The notes under the pieces are model-generated. The model was not told the DNA's origin. It made no database searches and was given only the letters and a program-made list of their open reading frames with translations. From Tetramitus jugosus (lineage: Eukaryota; Protista; Heterolobosea): a stretch of DNA of 64,000 nt. This document shows, one piece after another, positions 42,601 to 50,926 of this stretch. Every line of letters begins with the position of its first letter. Positions within the stretch are counted from its first letter, which is position 1. The stretch spans positions 186,001 through 250,000 of the forward strand of contig OW569385.1 of NCBI GenBank assembly GCA_937625935.1. The letters are read 5' to 3'. Both the position numbers and the translations under genes were made by a program.

Positions 42601-42950
42601 GATTGAGCAAGGGATTTGCCAGTGCCATTGGACTGCGCTCCGTTCGAAAGATTCTGTTAACATCGGACAATAGAGATCTCATGTTGAACAATCGTTCTAA
42701 TGTGGTGATGGAGTACTTGAAGATTGTGTTCAGTGTCAACTTGGAGAATGATGACTGGCAAGTGTTTGAAGCCATATTCCAAGCAAAGGTACAAAAGAAG
42801 TCTTCTTCGGATGTGGAAAGTGATGACGATGTTGTTTCTCGTTTCCAAATGATAGATGGTACAATGAGAAGAATCAGCTTGGAACATGGATATTCTTGCA
42901 TGGGAGATGTTGGCACTGGAAGACAGACCTTGTTTGTCTGTCGCTCGTAG
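39699..42950 (+). CDS. Type II membrane protein with DUF229 (alkaline phosphatase/sulfatase-like) domain
   Basis: TM MMLFLFVFFMTSYYYYVYY; LSRQSFMRSM; FIVLSSDQG; GQLEHRSPLLMMIVP; NLAHNQN..DVFHTMSHLL. Confidence 0.7.
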   Translation: MLPTTISPSASSEMMTSRRRLTPGTPPTPISPTHHYHHHHHINHHLHMNQQQQQYFYPTSNGSSGGGVASTSTAISPTNNSNSSPPTSRSSSPLLSHISTVNSSTTNTSSPLPIHHHHHHRPFNSNNNNNSNNNNNHIRKNNNNKKWKTRYTMMLFLFVFFMTSYYYYVYYNSSSSQHEHDQIAKMLQQQQQKNHHQFIDDYHVMSNRWKEYDHSGELNRMNHESQYKRRNRDSNQHGDGGGSSHHSEFSYNNNNNNNNNNNRNNVMIIDDHLSIEQKWYMGLFNEQAVSSDQCGTLQISHNPNQQLIQFFTMSYNHSLYTTNNNDHHGASHIDMYENLSSIVQSSSSLASSSSSSSSSNDQNNLLRKSHLVPEMNPKCSSVSMFSHVQDLSHSYHIVCQPQPQQPQQQQQQTPKSNNNNNNKKKGDDFVGEYTIYRENNNHYQKDGPILPNQPKITYQSDRDEIFHAMCHHSNHNHNNNNNNNNKNNSGGGGEKRQNVFVRVAYNETLANQQQSLYNELHQTMIHGHLRPVPQQDSIQFLVIRFNRLSRQSFMRSMRYLSQWIESSLEYDSMSQYRVLQFFRKQLSSSSPSSSSSSSSSEMNNHLLSMAKRMGYMTFETSNQYFDCQKSQQSGDDDQQEKSSRGHGGGAHHQLNRLSCLMNKYRTVVDKSSIDSATTLKNKRNCLHGKNVEEYNMEYVEDFFQKYRNQAKFGVMNFVLDQHNSGSSSSSSSIVNDGNQMADLDYLLAKFLQRLTMKSHQKNLFIVLSSDQGHDVGPLYTTQIGQLEHRSPLLMMIVPHVKMNALSSNVYSRVIENLAHNQNEIIVDCDVFHTMSHLLNYPNSLNSAHESTKQMVTQSMRQLFFNSATSSSSNYGIQDCKVLHRQQAAGHGQSCNTFHNDPLVQTSCSCPVQQQVSLQRKKKLINSAITSHRILMNGEMRGGDTIRPYSQDQLVSIAQKSVQYYNDNRLSKGFASAIGLRSVRKILLTSDNRDLMLNNRSNVVMEYLKIVFSVNLENDDWQVFEAIFQAKVQKKSSSDVESDDDVVSRFQMIDGTMRRISLEHGYSCMGDVGTGRQTLFVCRS

Positions 42951-43146
42951 TTTCGGCCATTCCAGCTTCTAGTCCTGTCTGGATTTTTCTGTCGGTATTT
43001 TTGATATCGGAATAAATTTTTCAAAAAACTAGCCGTTATCTCGAATTCTCTGTGCATGAATAAGTCGATTGACATGATTATTAATTCAGTCTAAAATCGA
43101 ACTACAGCTCCCTTGGCATACCTCTTGTAACAACCCCATACCAACT

Positions 43147-45381
43147 ATGACAGACCACTACTGCTTTTCCCTTGGTTCTTCTCTCCTCGAACCCACTGAG
43201 TCACAGCCATTCTATCTTTCAGAGAACATCAACAACACTCATCTCAACCTTTCCTCTCTGACTTGTGACCTTTATAGCAACACCAACACCAACTATAGTA
43301 ATACAACGGGAAATGAACTGTCATCACTGTACACATGCAACAAGATTCAGGCCACACCATCTACAAAATATCAGCAACCATCACTCAAAAGGCAAGTACT
43401 GTCCACTGGAGCCCTAAGAAGAAAGTGTCGAAGAACAATGAACAATAACGATAACAACAATAATCAACATCAAAAGCGGTTATTGTCCAGTGCCACTCGA
43501 ACACTTGTATTCTCTGATCTTCCTTCTCAATCATCATCATCAATGGATATTACTACTACTACTGCAACTACTACATCTTCATCTGATGTCAATTACAAGT
43601 ATTCACCTTATCCATCTCCTTCCAGTGTATGTGCAGCATCTCCACTCTCTAAATCTCAACAACAACACAAGAGACGTAAGAGTGTGATGTTGGCAAATAC
43701 TACTCTAGGAGGTGATCGATTCATTCCTGAAAGACCATTGTTCAACACTGTGAACATGATTCAATTCAATGACTTGAATGCAATCAGACAACAACAACAA
43801 CAACTCCATTTGACATCAACCTCCAATAGTCATTTAACAATGAGAGGCAGAGAATCAATTAGTGATGATGAAGAAGACGCTGAATTAAAGGAACATCAAT
43901 TGGACAATGACTTGTCAGATGATGTGAACACTCGAGAGATGAATATGCAAAATCAAGCGTATCGCAACGAGTTGGACAATCGATTGTTTGGTGGTCAATT
44001 GAAGCATCAAAACATTCTCCAGATTCAAAACACCAACACTCATCACTCGTCGAGTGATCACAACTCGTATGACAACTATTCTCCAGTGATTCGGAATTCC
44101 ATGTCTTCTTCTGTTCACAGTGACAATCAAATGAACATTGGTCACAACAATCGTCATCACACTCCTCACAAGTACTCTCACAAGAGTAGCAATCATGCAA
44201 AGAGTGGAGCAGAGCAATGGGAAACCAATATCCGTCAAGTGTTTAGTCACAACAAGAGTCAAATGCTCAGTGGACACAACAACATTGGCAGTGATCGATC
44301 AGCAAACAGTTCCCTGAGATCCATTCCCACTCAACCAGAAAAGATTTTGGATGCACCAGGTCTCATTGATGACTACTACTTGAATCTGTTGGACTGGAGC
44401 AGCAACAATCTGTTGGCTGTTGCATTGTCTGATTCTGTGTATCTGTGGAATGCAGAGACTGGTGATATTAATCGATTGTTGACATGCAACACATCGAATC
44501 ATGTCACGAGTCTCTCATGGATCGATGATGGAAGTTATTTAGCAGTGGGAACGAATGAGAATGATGTTCAATTGTGGGATGTTGAACAACAGAAAAAGGT
44601 GAGAGTAATGAAGGGTCATTTGGCTCGCGTTGGAGCTCTGGCATGGAACTCTCATATACTGAGCAGTGGCAGTCGCAGTGGTCGCATCATTAATCATGAT
44701 GTGAGACTCAAGGAACATGCTGTCAGTACACTGTACGGTCACTCTCAGGAAGTGTGTGGACTCAAGTGGTCATGTGATGGAAGTCAACTGGCCAGTGGTG
44801 GCAATGACAATGTGCTGAACATTTGGGATGTGAATCAACATGTTTCCAACAGCAGTGTTAGGAATAGCAACACCATCAACGGCCAGTCTTCGGCGACAAG
44901 TACGAGCTCCATTGTTCACACGGAGGCCAAATTCTCCGTGACCCATCACAGAGCAGCAGTCAAAGCATTGGCCTGGTGTCCGTGGAACAATAGTCTATTG
45001 GCATCAGGTGGAGGCACACAGGACAGACAATTAAAGTTTTGGAACACTCAAACAGGTCAATTGATACAATCGATTGACACCAAATCACAAGTGTGTTCCA
45101 TTATTTGGTCCAAGCACGATAGAGAATTGGTCAGCTCACATGGTTTCAGTCAGAATCAACTCATCGTTTGGAAGTATCCAAAGTTGAGAAAGATTGCAGA
45201 GTTGACTGGTCATCAGAGCAGAGTACTACACATGGCGCAGAGCCCTGATGGAACAACGGTTGTTTCTGGTGCAGGAGATGAAACGCTCCGATTTTGGAAC
45301 ATTTTCAATGCACCTAAAAAGTCTAATGATTTACACAGTTGCTCCTCCCTATTGTCCATGAGTAGCATGAATATTCGGTAA
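43147..45381 (+). CDS. CDC20: APC/C activator Cdc20/Fizzy
   Basis: C-box DRFIP; KILDAPGLIDDYYLNLLDWS; GHSQEVCGLKW; AAVKALAWCPW; GDETLRFW; C-terminal IR tail. Confidence 0.95.
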   Translation: MTDHYCFSLGSSLLEPTESQPFYLSENINNTHLNLSSLTCDLYSNTNTNYSNTTGNELSSLYTCNKIQATPSTKYQQPSLKRQVLSTGALRRKCRRTMNNNDNNNNQHQKRLLSSATRTLVFSDLPSQSSSSMDITTTTATTTSSSDVNYKYSPYPSPSSVCAASPLSKSQQQHKRRKSVMLANTTLGGDRFIPERPLFNTVNMIQFNDLNAIRQQQQQLHLTSTSNSHLTMRGRESISDDEEDAELKEHQLDNDLSDDVNTREMNMQNQAYRNELDNRLFGGQLKHQNILQIQNTNTHHSSSDHNSYDNYSPVIRNSMSSSVHSDNQMNIGHNNRHHTPHKYSHKSSNHAKSGAEQWETNIRQVFSHNKSQMLSGHNNIGSDRSANSSLRSIPTQPEKILDAPGLIDDYYLNLLDWSSNNLLAVALSDSVYLWNAETGDINRLLTCNTSNHVTSLSWIDDGSYLAVGTNENDVQLWDVEQQKKVRVMKGHLARVGALAWNSHILSSGSRSGRIINHDVRLKEHAVSTLYGHSQEVCGLKWSCDGSQLASGGNDNVLNIWDVNQHVSNSSVRNSNTINGQSSATSTSSIVHTEAKFSVTHHRAAVKALAWCPWNNSLLASGGGTQDRQLKFWNTQTGQLIQSIDTKSQVCSIIWSKHDRELVSSHGFSQNQLIVWKYPKLRKIAELTGHQSRVLHMAQSPDGTTVVSGAGDETLRFWNIFNAPKKSNDLHSCSSLLSMSSMNIR

Positions 45382-46793
45382 TGTATCACTCCTGCATGTA
45401 TTTTCTCAGTTTTGATTATTTCTGGACAAGAGTTTCTCTGGTAGTGACAACAGGGTGGACAATGTTCCTTCCTGTTGAACTACTTCACACTTACCATTTC
45501 TTCTTCATTTGTGTCTTCAATCATAGGTTTAGATGAAGGGATCCTTTCACTCATAGTTCGCTTGATGGAAATTAAGTTTTTTCCATAAGAACACACACGA
45601 CTTAGTCGCCGTTGTCATGCATGGTGCCACATTTAAATCGGTTTTGCAGAAGGACTATTCGCGGAACAAGGCTACAACTAACTCAATTCATTTCAGTAAA
45701 AGTTGCTCATTTTTCCTTGATGGAAATTATCTTTTATCGCTGCTCATAGCTAGTAAGTAACATCGCAAAGGGGACTCCTGCAGATTAGCGAAGAGCAAGC
45801 CTGTTTTGACTGCCACAAAATTCAATTGTCCAACGGGAGGAATGGAGCTTGCCGTTGAGCATTGTATTTTCGACATTGAGTGTCTATGTGGGATTAGCAG
45901 AGGCGATTGGATGTCTCCTGGTGCCCAACATGTGCTCAATCAGAGATCACCTCCACTCGTTGAGCTATACATTCGTTGGTATGGCTTCCTTCAGCTGTTG
46001 ACACTCTTTTTCGTGTACAAGCAAGCCAGAAGCAAGAATTGCCAATCATGTGCCACATGAGTGTGTATGCTCATGAGATGTTGGGTGGAATTGTCTCATT
46101 TAACAATAGGACGATTCGTAGATTTCTCTCCCAAAATCGGTCACTGCCACAAAATACGCAACCAACCTGCGAACTACCTGACAGGTATGGACGTAAAAGA
46201 ATTTGCGAAATTTCTGTTATTATGATTATAATCTATGCCGCCGAACTATTTATTAAAATTATCCAGTATAATTTTAATTATAGAACTTTTGGAAATTAAA
46301 TTTTAATCACGACTTAAATGAATAAACAAAACGATATTAGTTATTCTTTTTAAATTATTAGCTGATTAGCCATTAATCATCACATTTTCTCATCCTTCTG
46401 TGTTGGCCGTGTCTATTCTTTTTCTTCGGATGGGAAGAACTTCACTTTGGTGTCTTTGCTGTCACAATTAGCTCGCAGTTTTCCAATCAGATTCTACTTT
46501 CAAAGAATCCGACTATCTAGAAGCTGACGGCTAGTATCGCCCTGTCTCGCCCTCCGGAAAGACGTGAAACACAGACTACAACTCCAAACAATTGTTCGGA
46601 TTCAGGAGCATTTTGTTGCACAACATGAGTGACTCAACATGTCATCGCTTATTTTGGCCCTCCGCCAAAACATCCAACTATTTAATTTAGGCTGGTGATA
46701 ACTTTATCATCTGGAGGACATCCAAACAGATCATATCATAACAACAAAAAAGAATAACTCAAAGACTACCAAGCTAGTTAACAACTAAAGCGA

Positions 46794-47288
46794 ATGCAGA
46801 AACATTACCCTACATTCTCTATCCTCTTCATCCTGTTCCTTGCTCTTGTGAGCACCCAAAGTGCATCTGCCAGTGTCTTTTCTGCCAGTAGAAAAACCAA
46901 TGGTGGAGTATGTACCACCTATGAGAACACGTGTGCCACATTGGATCACGCATGCTGCAATTGGCTACCTCCTGGTTATCGATACGGTATTGAACAATGT
47001 TACGATCGAAATGACTATAGCTGCGAGTTGGATGTGGCAACAGATGAAGCATGCCTGTGCAAGAAGGGTTATCAATGCTGCAACAATTCATGTTACAATC
47101 CATTGATTCACACGTGTGTCAACGATGAGAACACGAGCAAGTTTGGAGATCGAGTTTTCATGCTGTGTCCATTGAATCATCAGTCTTGCAATGGAGCGTG
47201 TTACAAAACGGACCAACAGTACTGTTGCCATGGAAGCAACGGAGGATTCCTATCTTCTGCCCCTTGTCCCAATCCACCTAGAATTTAG
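46794..47288 (+). CDS. Secreted Cys-rich protein with CBM52/Carb_bind-like repeats
   Basis: Signal peptide; repeated C..CY.....C units (QCYDRNDYSC, CCNNSCYNPLIHTC, LCPLNHQSCNGACYKTDQQYCC). Confidence 0.7.
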   Translation: MQKHYPTFSILFILFLALVSTQSASASVFSASRKTNGGVCTTYENTCATLDHACCNWLPPGYRYGIEQCYDRNDYSCELDVATDEACLCKKGYQCCNNSCYNPLIHTCVNDENTSKFGDRVFMLCPLNHQSCNGACYKTDQQYCCHGSNGGFLSSAPCPNPPRI

Positions 47289-47465
47289 AACATGTAACAA
47301 CAACAACAACAACAGATATCTAGATAAGATAATAAATGAGATACGACTATCCAAACAAACATACATACACACACAATAACAAACTATGAATAAAGACATT
47401 AGATGATGAATGCAGTCAGTTTGAATGTTTCTTCTTAACCTCATATGATTACACTTGTTGTTTTA

Positions 47466-48218
47466 TTACGATGAATCTTGTTGTTGTTGTTTCTTTAAAG
47501 GAGACGACGACGGCGAACAAGAATGGACAGCAATCGATTCCATGCATAATCGACTCGTTCCAAACGAACTCTTGTACAGGATGAATTGATGCCATGACTC
47601 TGAGTGAATCAATCGAGAGAATGGTCCCTTCTCTAAACTCTCCATGACACTCAACAGAGCACTCGAGAAGATGTTGTGACCCATTTCCACAATTTCTCTC
47701 CTGTCTTCTTCTTCTTTTCTGTTCATGGTTTTTATTGTACTGGTACTGGTATGATGTGTATTGTTATTGTTATTGTTGTTGTTGTTGTTCTTATTGTTAC
47801 TATTATAATTGTTATTATTATGTACAGCAGCAGCAGATGATGATGATGATAATGTACTACTACTACTACTATTACTCATATTCTCATAAAGAAAGACTCT
47901 GGATTGGAATCGTTTGATTCGGTCACGAATGATTCTGACTTCATGAGAACTGAGATTGATTTGCTTGGGAGCCAACTCTGGAATGTATCGTTTAAATGTC
48001 TGTTGTATCAACTCATGCAATCGATTCAAGTCATGTGTCTCTTGTCGAATCACTTCATGCACGCTCTCCCAGAACAAGAGTGGTTCTTCGTTGAACTCTC
48101 TCTTGAGAAGCAATCGAAATTGTTCTCTGGTTTCTCTGTTGTTCAAGACGCCAGTCAATTGGAATTGATATTCCTTTAGGTTTATATTGGAGGTGCTTGT
48201 TGCAATAGTCGTAGCCAT
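47466..48218 (-). CDS. RGS-domain protein with poly-S/N insert
   Basis: VLNNRETREQFRLLLKREFNEEPLLFWESV; YIPELAPKQINLS; LEKGPFSRLIHSESW. Confidence 0.85.
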   Translation of the reverse strand: MATTIATSTSNINLKEYQFQLTGVLNNRETREQFRLLLKREFNEEPLLFWESVHEVIRQETHDLNRLHELIQQTFKRYIPELAPKQINLSSHEVRIIRDRIKRFQSRVFLYENMSNSSSSSTLSSSSSAAAVHNNNNYNSNNKNNNNNNNNNNTHHTSTSTIKTMNRKEEEDRREIVEMGHNIFSSALLSVMESLEKGPFSRLIHSESWHQFILYKSSFGTSRLCMESIAVHSCSPSSSPLKKQQQQDSS

Positions 48219-48909
48219 GATATAGGGTTGTCTAATGAGGTGATTGAATGGTAGACTCTTAGTTATATGTTGGTTATATGTAGTTGTTGTAGTGTGTTGT
48301 GTGTGTTCTCTTTAGAGTTTTGTTCTTTGATAATGGATTTTGGAGAACCGAGAAACAAGCACTCAATAACAGAACTACGTGGTTGGAGGGGACGTTGCTC
48401 TCGGCGAACGAGAAGACTGGGGCTCAAAGATTGGTCCTATCTCTTGAGCGATTAATCCCGGGATGACTTTTGCACTCACAACTCGTTCACACAAAACATG
48501 ATAGATGACAAATCGGAGAATGTGAAAAAAAGGGGCGACGGCACAAAAAAGAACCAATGAAGTTTGTTTTGGACCTGTGATCCTCGTACGGGTTCAGATA
48601 GGACTGAATGCGTCATCTATCAGGGAAGTATGAGGAGCCGCGTCAAACAACATTTTTCGAAACAACAAATCGCAATTTTACTGCCTCGTGCGGTAAGCCA
48701 TTCTCTAATTTCAGAGACAAAAACGCCGAACTGTAAAAAGCTACTTGTGTTCCCTTTTAGTTGTATTCAAACCAAGTTTGTTGTTTTTGAGAATGGTTGC
48801 TAGAGATGGATATTTTTGAGCAACGATGGCCTTAAGCCCCGAGAAGGTTAACTTTTGTTCTGAGTTGACCGTATTCCCAAAGAAACCACAACTATCCACA
48901 TATTACAGT

Positions 48910-50457
48910 ATGATTCAAAGGTTTAGGATAACTCTACTCTATTGTGCCTTGTTACTGTTTGGTACTTCAATCGTGACATGTCAAACTCCTCCCAAATGTT
49001 CCATAATTAACTGTGGAGAGTTACCTTGCTGTGGCACTGTGAATCCAGCGTGCTACTCCCCTCAGCAATACGTTTGTACTGGAGATTTTCTCTGTCCTGT
49101 AGGTGCCCCACAAAGATGTGGAGGTGCATGTTACAATCCTACAGTTCACCAATGTGTGAACAATCAGTTGGTTCCTAGAACAGGCGGATCTCCTCCGTCA
49201 CCGTCACCGTCACCACCATCACCACCACCCTCTGGAGGTCCTGCTACTCCTTGCACAACTCAGGATTGTGGAGGTTTGCCCTGTTGCAGTGGTGCTTGCT
49301 ATTCACCTCAACAATATGTCTGTACCAACGGTTTTCTCTGTCCAGTCAGTGCCCCACAGAGATGTGGTAGTGCTTGTTACAGTCCATCTGCTTTTCACTG
49401 CCAAAATGGAGTGCTGTTACCAGGTTCCGATGGTTCCACCCCTCCATCTCCACCACCACCTTCATCTGTAGGAAGTTGCAACGACCTTGGTCCATGGTTC
49501 GATGGTGCTCCTTCTCCTATTGTACACAGTGAAGGTGGAACGGGTGTTATTGGAAATCGCATGTACGTATTCTCGGGCTTCCAAGGCACTGAACTCACTT
49601 GCAGTAATCGGCTAGACATTTATGACATTACAACGAATTCATGGTCTACCGGTGCACCATTCCCCGTTGGAATCGGTGTCAGTCACATGCAAGCCGCATC
49701 GTGGAGAAATCCTCCGCCTGGTCAAGTCCCTCGCTCCATTTTCTTGGCTGGGGGGTTCCCAGGTGCCAACGGTGGAGCAGCCACCAATCAAGTATGGAGA
49801 TATGACACCATTGACAATCAATATTATGCGTTGCCTCCATTACCCGATAGTAGAGCCAGTGGAGCTGTGGCTATAGACTCTAATCATCGTTTGCATTACA
49901 TTGGTGGACTACTGACTGATAGAGTGACCAACAGTGATACACACTGGGTGTTGAATCTATTGTCATCGAATCCAACGTGGATCGACATTGGTGTCAAGTT
50001 TCCTTCACCTAGGAATCATGTTCAAGCTGTTCAGATTGGCAATCAACTGTTTGCATCAGGAGGACAATTCGGACATGAGCCAAACTATGCAGTAGTTCAC
50101 ACTCCTATTGGTCATGCGTTCAACCTGGGTAGCAACTCTTGGTCGTCGATTGCTAATCAACCTACACCTCGTTCTCACGCTGAACCGGCTACACTTGTTG
50201 TGAATAACAAGTTGGTCCTGTTGGGAGGTAGGAGTCTCAATTGGGATAATCTGGCTACAGCCGTAGAGTATGACCCTGTGAGAAATAGTTGGAACTCGTT
50301 GAGATCATTGCCAGCAGGTCGTTTGTCTCCTTCTTCAGGTTTCTTCAAAGATGTTGTCGTCAACGGAGTGAGAGGAGATTACATTGTCGTGGGCTGTGGC
50401 ATGAATGATCCTGCTCCGACCAATATTTGGATCACCCGTGTGACCAACACTTGTTAA
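48910..50457 (+). CDS. Secreted protein: two CBM52-like modules, Pro/Ser linkers, Kelch beta-propeller
   Basis: Signal peptide from ATG 48910 (ORF also has ATG 48826); ACYSPQQYVCT..FLCPV.APQRCG.ACY.P twice; Kelch repeats (MYVFSGF, IFLAGG, LHYIGG, LFASGG, LVLLGG). Confidence 0.8.
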   Translation: MIQRFRITLLYCALLLFGTSIVTCQTPPKCSIINCGELPCCGTVNPACYSPQQYVCTGDFLCPVGAPQRCGGACYNPTVHQCVNNQLVPRTGGSPPSPSPSPPSPPPSGGPATPCTTQDCGGLPCCSGACYSPQQYVCTNGFLCPVSAPQRCGSACYSPSAFHCQNGVLLPGSDGSTPPSPPPPSSVGSCNDLGPWFDGAPSPIVHSEGGTGVIGNRMYVFSGFQGTELTCSNRLDIYDITTNSWSTGAPFPVGIGVSHMQAASWRNPPPGQVPRSIFLAGGFPGANGGAATNQVWRYDTIDNQYYALPPLPDSRASGAVAIDSNHRLHYIGGLLTDRVTNSDTHWVLNLLSSNPTWIDIGVKFPSPRNHVQAVQIGNQLFASGGQFGHEPNYAVVHTPIGHAFNLGSNSWSSIANQPTPRSHAEPATLVVNNKLVLLGGRSLNWDNLATAVEYDPVRNSWNSLRSLPAGRLSPSSGFFKDVVVNGVRGDYIVVGCGMNDPAPTNIWITRVTNTC

Positions 50458-50512
50458 TCTACTGTGGAACAATAAAATGAAGAATGAAAATGATGCTTGA
50501 ATTCGTAAGTCT

Positions 50513-50743
50513 TTATTCCTTCAATAGTTCGTCACCATGGAGCTTGGTTCCTCCTGATTTTTGTTCCTTGAACAATCCGGTATTGGATTGGAGCATGGAG
50601 GGAGATTTGGGAGAAAGTTCATCACCATGAAGCTTACTGCCCTTGAAGTCATCCTTCTCAAATCTCAATTCACTTGTGCTGGGCAAAGCAGCTGTTGCTT
50701 CATCAAATTCCTTCTTGTTTTCTTCCTTTCTTGGCTCTACCAT
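50513..50743 (-). CDS. 76-aa hydrophilic protein with duplicated G(S/T)KLHGDEL motif
   Basis: ATG ORF after an A/C-rich leader; internal peptide repeat supports coding status. Confidence 0.65.
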   Translation of the reverse strand: MVEPRKEENKKEFDEATAALPSTSELRFEKDDFKGSKLHGDELSPKSPSMLQSNTGLFKEQKSGGTKLHGDELLKE

Positions 50744-50926
50744 CGTTCAATGAGTTGATTTGTTGTTGGTTTGTATTCTGAGAAATGATTTGGTGAGTTT
50801 GAGCTTTTTGGTGGATGCTGTTGGTGGAGTGGTTGTATGTGTCACGAGATCAACTGTTCACCAAAAATAGGATTAATTGTTTACAAAGTATTCACAAATA
50901 AAAAGTCTATGTTACAATTTCATCTG

